64,000 bases of DNA from an uncultured Candidatus Melainabacteria bacterium (lineage in GTDB: Bacteria > Cyanobacteriota > Vampirovibrionia > Gastranaerophilales > Gastranaerophilaceae): NCBI GenBank assembly GCA_949841365.1, contig CATKZI010000004.1:959-64958 (forward strand). Direction: 5' to 3'. Positions within the stretch are counted from its first letter, which is position 1. Every line of letters starts with the position of its first letter. A program made the position numbers and the translations under genes. Under the pieces are notes generated by a model. The model saw nothing but the letters and a program-made list of their open reading frames with translations. It was not told where the DNA came from and did not search any database. Of this stretch, positions 47,519 to 56,450 are shown piece after piece.

Positions 47519-49111
47519 ATGGCTGAAAAATTTCACCGCGCGACATTTACTCGCAATTTTTTGAAAACCGTTACCCGTATTAAAAACCCTGATGAAATGC
47601 TTGCGGAAGCTAAGGCTGAAGGGTTGGAAAAAACTTTAGGCGTTTGGGATTTGATTATTCTGGGTGTCGGAGCAATTATTGGTTCGGGAATTTTTGCGGT
47701 TGTTGGTATTGCAGCTGCAGGAAGTGCTGACGGCTCATCTTTGGGTGCAGGTCCGGGGCTTATGGTATCAATGGTAATTGCGGCTATTGCGTGTATTTTT
47801 TCGGCACTTTGTTATTCGGAATTTGCAACTATGATTCCTGTTGCGGGCGGTGCTTATACTTATACTTTTGCAACGCTTGGTGAATTTGCAGCATGGATGG
47901 TAGGCTGGGTTTTGATGTTAGAATATGCAATCGGATTTATTGCCGTAGCGTGTGCTTGGTCAAACCACTTTGTACAATTTATGGCAGGATTTGAGAAAGT
48001 TTTACCGGCTTGGTTGGCTCATCCGCCGGCATGGCTTGTGAATGATGTATTCTCTGCAGGTAAAATTGTAGCAGAAAATCCTGACACATTTGTGCCGACA
48101 TTATTTGGAATTCCGATTTGCATAAATCTTCCTGCAATATTGATTGTGCTTTTAATTACTGCAATTTTGGTAAAAGGTACAAAAGATTCTACTAAAATGG
48201 CAGGTTTAATGGTTGTTGTAAAACTCGGTGTTATTGCATTATTTGTGCTCGCAGGCGCGTTTTATGTAAGACCTGAAAACTGGACACCTTTTGCTCCAAA
48301 CGGGTTTGAAGGTATCTTTGCTGGTGCGTTTTTAATATTCTTTGCATACATCGGATTTGATGCTCTTGCAACTGCTGCAGAAGAATGTAAAAATCCTCAA
48401 AAAGATTTGCCGATTGGTATTATCGGTTCGCTTTTGATTACAACTGTTGTATATGTGCTTGTAGCATTAGTTTTGACAGGGCTGCAGGATACAAGTTCAG
48501 CTGTTCCTTTAGGATTTTTGAAGGCTCCGATGGCATATTGCATGTCTTTGCATAATATGAACTGGGCGGCAGGTTTGATTTCTATAGGTTCACTTGCAGG
48601 TTTAACTTCCGTACTTTTGGTATTGGAAATGGCTGCAACGAGAATTTTGTACGCAATGAGCAGAGACCATTTTATTTCTCAAAGATTTCAGAAATTACAT
48701 CCGAAATTTAAAACTCCTGCACTTCTAACCTGGACTGTGGGATTGCTTGCAGTTTTGGGTATTTTAACCTTGAACCTTGATGTTGCGGCAGAACTTTGTA
48801 ACTACGGCACATTTACATCATTTATAATTGTTTGTGTTGCAGTTTTAATTTTGAGAAAAACAGACCCTGACAGACCAAGACCGTTTAAAGTTCCGTTCTC
48901 GCCTGTTACACCTGCTTTGGGTATAATTTGCTGCGGAGGATTAATGATTTATAAATCAATGCAGCCTTCAGGTTCTGCGTTACTTTTCCCCGTATGGTTA
49001 GGTTTTGGTGCGATAATATATCTTTTGTACGGTTTTGTTAAAAACAGACTTAATGAAAATAGAATCCATAATGAAATAGTAGAACGTAAAAAACAAGAAA
49101 TGATGAAATAA
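47519..49111 (+). CDS. Amino acid permease, APC superfamily (cationic amino acid transporter-like)
   Basis: 530 aa and polytopic. Motifs GVGAIIGSGIF, YSEFATMIPVAGGAYTY and FFAYIGFDALATAAEE. Confidence 0.9.
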   Translation: MAEKFHRATFTRNFLKTVTRIKNPDEMLAEAKAEGLEKTLGVWDLIILGVGAIIGSGIFAVVGIAAAGSADGSSLGAGPGLMVSMVIAAIACIFSALCYSEFATMIPVAGGAYTYTFATLGEFAAWMVGWVLMLEYAIGFIAVACAWSNHFVQFMAGFEKVLPAWLAHPPAWLVNDVFSAGKIVAENPDTFVPTLFGIPICINLPAILIVLLITAILVKGTKDSTKMAGLMVVVKLGVIALFVLAGAFYVRPENWTPFAPNGFEGIFAGAFLIFFAYIGFDALATAAEECKNPQKDLPIGIIGSLLITTVVYVLVALVLTGLQDTSSAVPLGFLKAPMAYCMSLHNMNWAAGLISIGSLAGLTSVLLVLEMAATRILYAMSRDHFISQRFQKLHPKFKTPALLTWTVGLLAVLGILTLNLDVAAELCNYGTFTSFIIVCVAVLILRKTDPDRPRPFKVPFSPVTPALGIICCGGLMIYKSMQPSGSALLFPVWLGFGAIIYLLYGFVKNRLNENRIHNEIVERKKQEMMK

Positions 49112-50655
49112 TGAAAACAATTTTAAAAAATGCTTTCAAAATAAAAAGCCCCGATGAATTAATAGCAGTCAGTAAAAAATCAGAGTTGAAAAAAACTTTG
49201 AATGTATTTGACCTGATTGTTTTGGGGATTGGTGCGGTTGTAGGTACGGGAATTTTTACGATTATCGGTACAGCAATTCAAGGCGGTCCTGAAAGCGCCG
49301 GAGCAGGCCCTGCTATTATAATTTCCATGATTATGGCTGCTGCGGTATGTGTGTTTCCTGCACTTTGCTACAGTGAAATAGCTTCTTTAATTCCTGTTGC
49401 GGGAAGTGCTTACACCTATACTTATGCAACTATGGGTGAATTTATGGCATGGATGGTCGGTTGGATTTTAATGCTTGAATATGCAATCGGAAATATTACC
49501 GTTGCAAGTGCTTGGACAGGTTATTTTGTCCAGTTTTTGAAAGGGTTCAAGCATGTTTTGCCTGACTTTATCGTAAATTGCCCAATGTGGTTGAGAAGCG
49601 ATTACAGATTTATGCTTTCATATTGTGACAAATACGGACTAGATCCGCACAGTCAGATGCCGTTTTTGTTTGATAAAATACCTTTTGCGGTTAATTTGCC
49701 AGCAATTATTCTTGTTTTGCTTTTGACTATTTTGCTTATTAAAGGCGTAAAAGAATCGACAAGGTTTGCGAGCGTAATGGTTGGTGTTAACCTCTTTATG
49801 ATAATTTCATTTATTGTGGTCGGTTCATTTTATGTAAAACCGGAAAATTGGACGCCTTTTATGCCTAACGGTTTTGAGGGTGTATTTATGGGAGCGTTTT
49901 TAATTTTCTTTGCATATATCGGATTTGATGCAATTTCAACTACTGCCGAAGAAACCGAAAACCCGCAAAGAGATTTGCCGATTGCTATTTTAGGAACTCT
50001 TGTTATATGTACCGTGTTGTATATTTTTGTAGCACTTGTGCTAACGGGTAATGTAGCTATGGGACATATTAATATTCAGGCACCGATTGCGCATGCGATG
50101 AGTGTGATTAATAAAAACTGGTTTGCAGGCTTGCTTTCTGTCGGTGCATTATGTGCTTTGACATCAGTTTTCTTGATTTGCCAGTTAGGTACAACAAGGA
50201 TTTTATATGCAATGAGCAGGGATAGATTTTTACCAAAATCTTTGAGATTAATCCACAGAAAATACAGAACTCCGCATGTTTTAACATGGATTTCAGGCAT
50301 TGTTGTTATTGTGTGTGCTTTGTTTATGGACTTGAATATATCGGCAGAACTTTGTAATTTCGGTACATTTACATCATTTATTATAATTTGTATTGCTGTT
50401 TTAATTTTAAGAAAAACAGATCCCGACAGACCGCGTGCGTTTAAAGTCCCGTTCTGTCCGACATTCCCTATTTTGGGGATATTGACTTGCGGTGGATTGA
50501 TGCTTTATTCAATGAAGTTTTTAACCACATCGGCATTATACTTCCCGCTATGGTTATTAATCGGTTTTGCAATTTATGCAGGTTACGGATATAAACAAAA
50601 AAGACTTGAGGAAAAGCCCAGAGTCTTAAAACAAAAAGAAAAAATTTCAGTATAA
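49111..50655 (+). CDS. Amino acid permease, APC superfamily (tandem paralogue)
   Basis: 514 aa and collinear with the previous gene. Motifs GIGAVVGTGIF, YSEIASLIPVAGSAYTY and FFAYIGFDAISTTAEE. The stop and start share one nucleotide. Confidence 0.9.
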   Translation: MKTILKNAFKIKSPDELIAVSKKSELKKTLNVFDLIVLGIGAVVGTGIFTIIGTAIQGGPESAGAGPAIIISMIMAAAVCVFPALCYSEIASLIPVAGSAYTYTYATMGEFMAWMVGWILMLEYAIGNITVASAWTGYFVQFLKGFKHVLPDFIVNCPMWLRSDYRFMLSYCDKYGLDPHSQMPFLFDKIPFAVNLPAIILVLLLTILLIKGVKESTRFASVMVGVNLFMIISFIVVGSFYVKPENWTPFMPNGFEGVFMGAFLIFFAYIGFDAISTTAEETENPQRDLPIAILGTLVICTVLYIFVALVLTGNVAMGHINIQAPIAHAMSVINKNWFAGLLSVGALCALTSVFLICQLGTTRILYAMSRDRFLPKSLRLIHRKYRTPHVLTWISGIVVIVCALFMDLNISAELCNFGTFTSFIIICIAVLILRKTDPDRPRAFKVPFCPTFPILGILTCGGLMLYSMKFLTTSALYFPLWLLIGFAIYAGYGYKQKRLEEKPRVLKQKEKISV

Positions 50656-50687
50656 AAAAAGTTCCTTTTTGAGGAGCTTTTTTAAAT

Positions 50688-50891
50688 CTAGTTATTACTC
50701 AGAACAAGTCTGAATGTTGCAAGATTTTTAATTGACAGCATAGTATGTTTGTTATGCTGATTATCTGCAATATTAAAAATTCTAATTATACGTTGAATTT
50801 CTTCCAAGTCTTTGCGTGAATTAATTTTATAAACATTTTCTATCGGGTCTGAAACTACAGACATTAAAGTATTCAATTCCTGTTCTTTCAT
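50688..50891 (-). CDS. Hypothetical small protein
   Basis: A 67-aa ORF in an otherwise empty gap. No recognisable motif, so coding status is uncertain. Confidence 0.3.
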   Translation of the reverse strand: MKEQELNTLMSVVSDPIENVYKINSRKDLEEIQRIIRIFNIADNQHNKHTMLSIKNLATFRLVLSNN

Positions 50892-50976
50892 TAGATTATA
50901 AATCCTCTTTCCTGTATATTTATATAAAGGATTTTTTGCTTCAGGAATTGCCTTTTTTATGTTTTTTTAGTTAACA

Positions 50977-51732
50977 TTAGTTAACATTCTTTTTCGCCTG
51001 TTTCCAAAGAGTGTCAAATTCCTCGAAAGAATACTGCTCTAAAGGCTTTACAGCTAACTCTTCCATTTTGCGGAAACGTGTTATAAATTTTTTGTTTGCA
51101 TGTAAAAGTGCCTGTTCTGCATCAATTTTGTTCCAGCGCGCAAGATTTACAACCGCAAAAAGAATATCGCCGAGTTCGTCTTCCATGTGGTCTTTGTCGC
51201 CTTTTGCTTCTTGGAATTCTTTAATTTCAGAAAAAACACATTCATAAAGCGATTTCTCATTCGGCCATTCAAAACCTGTTTTTACGGCGCGTTTACTTAT
51301 TTTTTGTGCGCTCATTAATGCTGATTGAGATTTGGAAATACCGTCCATTGCGGATTTTCTGTCTTTTTTCTCTTCTTTTTTAAGTTTATCCCAATTGTCG
51401 ATTATGTCTTGTGTTCCACCGACTTTAACATCTCCGAATACATGCGGATGACGGTGGATAAGTTTTTCGTTTAATTCTTTGGCTACATCGTCAAGATTGA
51501 AGCATCCGTTATCATCTGCTATTTGAGAGTGTAAAAGAACCTGTAAAAGTACATCGCCAAGTTCCTCTCTCAGATTTGCCATATCGCCTGTATCAATAGC
51601 ATCAACGGCTTCGTAAGCTTCTTCCAGCATATTTGGTTTTAATGTTTTATGAGTTTGCGCTCTGTCCCATTCGCAGCCTTCTGGTGAGCGTAAAATTCTT
51701 ACTGTTTCTATAAGTTTATCAAGATTTTCCAT
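50977..51732 (-). CDS. mazG: Nucleoside triphosphate pyrophosphohydrolase MazG
   Basis: 251 aa. CEWDRAQTH plus two EExxE/D-type repeats (EELGDVLLQV and DELGDILFAV). Confidence 0.92.
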   Translation of the reverse strand: MENLDKLIETVRILRSPEGCEWDRAQTHKTLKPNMLEEAYEAVDAIDTGDMANLREELGDVLLQVLLHSQIADDNGCFNLDDVAKELNEKLIHRHPHVFGDVKVGGTQDIIDNWDKLKKEEKKDRKSAMDGISKSQSALMSAQKISKRAVKTGFEWPNEKSLYECVFSEIKEFQEAKGDKDHMEDELGDILFAVVNLARWNKIDAEQALLHANKKFITRFRKMEELAVKPLEQYSFEEFDTLWKQAKKNVN

Positions 51733-51853
51733 GTCTTTATTCTATAACTAAAGTATAAGAAATTCAATCGAGAATACATCAAAAGGTGGAGTTATAATAT
51801 TTTCTCTAATGTTATCCTTATATAGTCAAATAGGTAAACGAAAGGATATAAGA

Positions 51854-52360
51854 ATGGCAAATTTATCAATCCCATCAATTCGTGAAAGATTGTTTAACAC
51901 AAGCAAACACGAACAAACTACTCAAAGAAATTCCACTAACCCGTTTGCAGCAACTTCTTTTAAAGGTAATGTTTTGACTGCAGATGTGTTTGAATCTTCT
52001 ACAAAGCAAAACGAAAATCAAAACAACGGCAAACTTAAAGCAAGTGCACTTGTTGGTTCTATTTCAGGTTACGGCGAAAAATTCCAAAACATGATTAATT
52101 CTGTAATCTCTTTTGGAAACAGAGTTAAAGAAAATGTTGTTAACGGTTGGAACAAAATGAACAGTATCGAAATCTCATTTGCACCTGCAAAAGAAGTAAT
52201 GGGTAATTTCTATGGTTCAATTAAAGATACATTAAACACTCCGATGAGTGATATTTTCTTTACAGGTATCAGTGCTAAGTCAGTTTCCAAAATGGATGAC
52301 ATGGCGCAAGCGAGAGAATTAATGGCTTCTCATGTTGAAGCATGGGAATCTATGGTATAG
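51854..52360 (+). CDS. Hypothetical protein
   Basis: Start moved to MANLSIPSIRERLF, which has an AAAGGA RBS. 168 aa, no recognised domain. Confidence 0.5.
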   Translation: MANLSIPSIRERLFNTSKHEQTTQRNSTNPFAATSFKGNVLTADVFESSTKQNENQNNGKLKASALVGSISGYGEKFQNMINSVISFGNRVKENVVNGWNKMNSIEISFAPAKEVMGNFYGSIKDTLNTPMSDIFFTGISAKSVSKMDDMAQARELMASHVEAWESMV

Positions 52361-52372
52361 GGAGAATAAAAT

Positions 52373-52750
52373 ATGGTAACAGTAGATAAAAAAACAGTTA
52401 AAAACGTATCAAATATAATTGAAGGATTAGGAATGAACCCTAATTCAGAATGTATCGGTATTTTGGAAGATGTTGGTACAAATTCTAAAATCGATGCAAT
52501 TAGAGAAATGACTTCTCGCGCTCTTGTTAAAAGAAATGAAGAAGATGCATTGAGAGTTGTTATTGCTAACAAAGGAAAAGGTATCAATGATATGTCTACA
52601 GTTGTTGCAATGAGCACAATTAATGAACTTTTATCATTGACAGATAAAACTATAGCTATGAAAGTTTTGTCAAATACTGTTGAAATGCACTCTGATGAAG
52701 AAGTTAGAGATAATGCACGTTCAGTAAAAGCTTTAATGGCTCTATCTTAA
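52373..52750 (+). CDS. Hypothetical helical (HEAT-like) protein
   Basis: 125 aa with a GGAG RBS. Helical repeats end in DEEVRDNARSVKALMAL. Confidence 0.5.
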   Translation: MVTVDKKTVKNVSNIIEGLGMNPNSECIGILEDVGTNSKIDAIREMTSRALVKRNEEDALRVVIANKGKGINDMSTVVAMSTINELLSLTDKTIAMKVLSNTVEMHSDEEVRDNARSVKALMALS

Positions 52751-52772
52751 ATAAATTTGCCTTATAAATATA

Positions 52773-52802
52773 AAAAACCGCTTTAACATAAGCGGTTTTT
52801 TT
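52773..52802 (+). terminator. Rho-independent terminator
   Basis: AACCGCTT-TAACAT-AAGCGGTT hairpin followed by T7. A TGTTATAAT extended -10 for the next gene follows immediately. Confidence 0.7.
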
Positions 52803-52832
52803 GTTATAATAATAAAAAAGGAGGAAGCAGAT

Positions 52833-53560
52833 ATGAAATTTAATCAAAATATCGGGGGGGGGGCACTCATAGCTTAACTCCTGCGTTTACTTTAGCTGAG
52901 GTTTTAATTACTCTCGGAATAATCGGAGTTGTCGCGGCGCTTGTTATACAAGCCCTTGTAACTAATATAACTAATAAGGGATATGTTGAAAGATTAAAGA
53001 AGGCTCAAGCTGTATTACAAATTGCTACGGATACTATACTAAATGAGAATAGTGCTATTTTTGTACCAAATGGTAAAGAAATTTGTGATACTGTCGGTGC
53101 TGAAGCTGAAAAAAAGGCCTATGAAGAATTTATTGAATCCTATGCGTCTAAAATGAAAGTAATAAAAAGATGTGAAAGAACCAGCTGGAACTCTAATCAA
53201 TGTGTTAACGGCTGGAATTCATATAAAGGGCTTGATAATAGTATATTGCAAAATGTTGAGAATAACATGCCGTTTTATTTTACTTATCCGCTTGTATTAG
53301 CAGATGGTATGACTATTGCATTTAGATTTCAATCGAATGGCGGTGGAGGATTTTTCTGGACTCAGGATGCATCAGTACGCTTTACTGTAGATGTTAATGG
53401 AAAAAAAGGTCCTAATAAACTTGGCAGGGATGTGTTTTTGTTGTATCTGCGTGATGGAAAAATTGTCCCCAACAGTAAATATATTGGGGACTGTGAAACA
53501 AATAAAACAGGCTTGAGCTGTGCATACAGGGTTCTGACTGAAGGCGGTATGAACTATTAA
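52833..53560 (+). CDS. Type IV pilin-like protein interrupted by a frameshift at a G10 tract (candidate phase-variable gene, OFF as assembled)
   Basis: AAAGGAGG RBS and ATG at 52833, then 7 codons, then G10 (52854-52863). A frame without stops runs from 52844 through AFTLAEVLITLGIIGVVAALV (52883 onward) into track ORF 53153-53560. G11 or G8 would fuse it to the ATG. The C-terminal VDVNGKKGPNKLGRDVF motif is present. Confidence 0.8.
52854..52863. repeat. G10 homopolymer inside the pilin leader coding region
   Basis: Counted directly: 7 G at 52854-52860 plus 3 G at 52861-52863. Confidence 0.95.
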
Positions 53561-54802
53561 TTAAAAAGTAAATCCGTCTTCTTTCAAGCGGTCAATAACC
53601 TCTTGCAGTTTTTCATCAGAACATACGTATGAAAGTCTGAAAAAGCCTTCTCCGCATTCACCGAATGCGTTACCGGGAACTAATACTACACCAGATTTTC
53701 TCAATACATCCTGACAAAAGTCAAATGCTGATGTATAACGTCTTGGAATTGGAAGCCACAGATAGAAAGTTGTATGCGGGACTTTATCCATATTCCATCC
53801 AAGTTCCTTAAAGCCTTTGACCATAATCGCCTGTTTGCGGGCAAAGCCTTTGTTTGCTTCTTCGATATATTTGTCGCCTTCTTCAGAATTTAATATTTCT
53901 GCGCATGCTTTTTGCAAAGCTTTAAAAATTCCGTTATCAATTGTAGATTTTCCTTTGCCTAAGCGCTGTACAACTTCTTTATTACCGCAGACCCAGCCTA
54001 AACGCCAGCCAGTAATAGCATAAGGTTTCGATAAACTGAAAAATTCAATACCCACATCTTTTGCGCCTTCTATTTCAAAAATACTGAAAGGTTTTTCATC
54101 TTCTGCAAAATATAAGTCGCAATATGCAGCATCGGATACAAGCAGAATATCGTATTTTTTACAGAAATCAACAATTGATTTAACGTATTCTTTTGTTGTA
54201 GAAATACCCATAGGGTTGTTCGGATAATTAATAAATACAGCTTTGATGTTTTCGGGTTTGTAACCGTCTTTTAAAGCTTGGTGATAAATTGCTTCAACAT
54301 CGGGTTTGTAATCGTTTTCGGCAGTCAACGGCATTGGATAAGCTTTTGCACCCGAACATTGAATAAACTGTAAATATGATGCGTAACAAGGATCCGGAAT
54401 CATTATTACATCTTTTTCAAGTTCTTCTGTTTTAGGTGTTGTAATAAATCTTACAAGGTTTGCAATCCCTTCTTTTGAACCGACAAGTGAAAAGATTTCT
54501 GTTTCAGGGTCAAGTTCAACACCAAAACGATTTTTCATACGTTCTGCTGCGGCTTTTCTGAAATATGGTTCGCCTTTCGGAGTTGAATATGTATGAATTC
54601 CGTCCTCATCAAGAATTTCTTTCAAGCGATCAGTAAGACATTTGGGCGGGTTTGCCGTAGGTGCTCCCATTGAAAGCGCAATAGGTGCTCTGTTTCTTGC
54701 TGTTAATTCATCTTTTAATCTTGCGGTTTCCTCTTTTAATTTGAACATAATGTATGTATCAAGCGACATTACGTCTTTATTAAAAAGTTTTTCTATATTC
54801 AT
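53561..54802 (-). CDS. Pyridoxal-phosphate-dependent aminotransferase, class I/II
   Basis: 413 aa. Motifs NYPNNPMG, and SLSKPYAITGWRLGW with the PLP lysine. The stop abuts the convergent pilin-like gene. Confidence 0.88.
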   Translation of the reverse strand: MNIEKLFNKDVMSLDTYIMFKLKEETARLKDELTARNRAPIALSMGAPTANPPKCLTDRLKEILDEDGIHTYSTPKGEPYFRKAAAERMKNRFGVELDPETEIFSLVGSKEGIANLVRFITTPKTEELEKDVIMIPDPCYASYLQFIQCSGAKAYPMPLTAENDYKPDVEAIYHQALKDGYKPENIKAVFINYPNNPMGISTTKEYVKSIVDFCKKYDILLVSDAAYCDLYFAEDEKPFSIFEIEGAKDVGIEFFSLSKPYAITGWRLGWVCGNKEVVQRLGKGKSTIDNGIFKALQKACAEILNSEEGDKYIEEANKGFARKQAIMVKGFKELGWNMDKVPHTTFYLWLPIPRRYTSAFDFCQDVLRKSGVVLVPGNAFGECGEGFFRLSYVCSDEKLQEVIDRLKEDGFTF

Positions 54803-54812
54803 ACTTCTCTCC

Positions 54813-55538
54813 TTAGTTTTCTGAAATCATTTGCATCGGACCTTCTAACGATGCCGTTACAAACTGTTTTGTATATTCGTTATCTTGACGGAGCATATCT
54901 TCAGGAGTTCCTTCAAAAACAACTTTACCATCATACAACATTATAACACGATTTGCCGTTCTTGTAATAGTTGACATCTGGTGTGTTACAACAACGGATG
55001 CCGCGTTGGTTTCATCCTTTAATCTTACAATATAATCCTCTATAAGAGTTGATGAAATCGGGTCTAACCCTGCTGTAGGTTCGTCATAAAGTATTGTGTT
55101 CGGTTCTGTAACAATTGCGCGGGCAAAACTTACGCGTTTTTGCATTCCGCCCGAGAGTTCCGAGGGAAATTTGTTTTCAATCCCTTTTAAACCTACAAGT
55201 TCAAGTTTTTCCGCTACAATTTTTCTTATTTCTTTTTCCGAATATTTTTTGCGGAGTTCTTTTCTCTCGTGGAGTGCAAAAGCAATGTTGTCGGCAACAT
55301 TAAGTGAGTCAAACAAAGCAGAATACTGGAAAACCATTGCAATGTCGCCTTCTGATGTTATAATTTCTCCGCTGTCGGGAGTAAGAAGTCCGCAGATAAG
55401 TTTCAAAATAGTACTTTTCCCTGAACCTGAAAAACCTACTATTGCTAAAGTTTCACCGTCGTTAACTTTGAATGATACATTGTCAATGACGCGCCTTTCT
55501 CCAAAATTCTTTATTAAATTTTTAACTTCTATACTCAT
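54813..55538 (-). CDS. ABC transporter ATP-binding protein, MlaF-like
   Basis: 241 aa. Motifs GFSGSGKST, LSGGMQKRVSFARA and ILYDEPTAGLD. Lies downstream of the MlaE-like permease. Confidence 0.87.
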   Translation of the reverse strand: MSIEVKNLIKNFGERRVIDNVSFKVNDGETLAIVGFSGSGKSTILKLICGLLTPDSGEIITSEGDIAMVFQYSALFDSLNVADNIAFALHERKELRKKYSEKEIRKIVAEKLELVGLKGIENKFPSELSGGMQKRVSFARAIVTEPNTILYDEPTAGLDPISSTLIEDYIVRLKDETNAASVVVTHQMSTITRTANRVIMLYDGKVVFEGTPEDMLRQDNEYTKQFVTASLEGPMQMISEN

Positions 55539-55550
55539 TAATTTACCTCG

Positions 55551-56360
55551 TTAAAAGAAAAATGCCATAGCAAAGAACATATCAAGAATTACGATAGCCA
55601 CAAATGACCATACTACGGCTTTTGTAGTTGCTTCGCCTACGCCTTTTGCACCGCCTGATGCATAATATCCGCAAGAACAGCTTATCAGAGCGATAACTCC
55701 GCCGAAACAAAAAGCTTTAAGCATACTTACGCCTAAATCTTTCATATAAATTCCGAGCCATGCCGAATCAAAGAATGCTCTATATCCTAAGCCTGATGTT
55801 AAATTTGCGGTTACTGCGCCTGTGATAACTCCGACTGCAGATGCAATCAATACAACGGGAGGCATCATTATAAAGCCCGACAAAACCCTCGGAACAAAAA
55901 GATATCTGATAGGGTTAACTTTCAAAACTTCAATAGCATCAATTTGTTCTGTAACGCGCATTGTTGCAATTTCAGAGGCAAGTGACGAGCCTATCATGGA
56001 AATTATTGCAAAACCTGACATTATAACACCGACTTCTCTAACAATCAGGATTGTCATTAAAAGTCCGACAAAGTTTCCGCCGCCCTGTTTAACCATTTCA
56101 AGCGCAACCTGTGAAGCTACGATAATTGATGTCATTCCGACAATGGAAAGTGTTATGGGAAGTGAGCTTACGCCAAATCTGCTGCATTGTTCTATAAGTT
56201 CTTTTATGTCAATCTGCAATTTTAAAATGCATTTAATTACTTCAATCCCGTTGAGTGCAATTTTGCCCAGCGTGTCAAGGAATTTTTCAAGCTCTTTCAA
56301 TATCCCTGATGCAATTTTATATGTTGCCGATTGTTTGTAATATTTTTGCAGACTGCTCAT
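55551..56360 (-). CDS. ABC transporter permease, MlaE family
   Basis: 269 aa. Its TM pattern and motifs (ATMRVTEQIDAIEVL and the PRVL segment) are typical of MlaE/TGD1. Confidence 0.82.
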   Translation of the reverse strand: MSSLQKYYKQSATYKIASGILKELEKFLDTLGKIALNGIEVIKCILKLQIDIKELIEQCSRFGVSSLPITLSIVGMTSIIVASQVALEMVKQGGGNFVGLLMTILIVREVGVIMSGFAIISMIGSSLASEIATMRVTEQIDAIEVLKVNPIRYLFVPRVLSGFIMMPPVVLIASAVGVITGAVTANLTSGLGYRAFFDSAWLGIYMKDLGVSMLKAFCFGGVIALISCSCGYYASGGAKGVGEATTKAVVWSFVAIVILDMFFAMAFFF

Positions 56361-56450
56361 TGATTTGATTATACAAAAAATTTGTTTTTATTGCAACGGC
56401 TTGTATAAAAACATTTAGCAGGTAAAATATAATTATTGAGAGGGACGTTA

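Noticed and set aside
55096-56340. Antisense ORFs of 152 and 172 aa lie opposite the MlaF and MlaE genes. Similar ones occur at 764-1144, 6048-6428 and 62460-63104.
   Set aside because: The opposite strand encodes proteins with unmistakable family motifs. The antisense products are low-complexity with no start signals.
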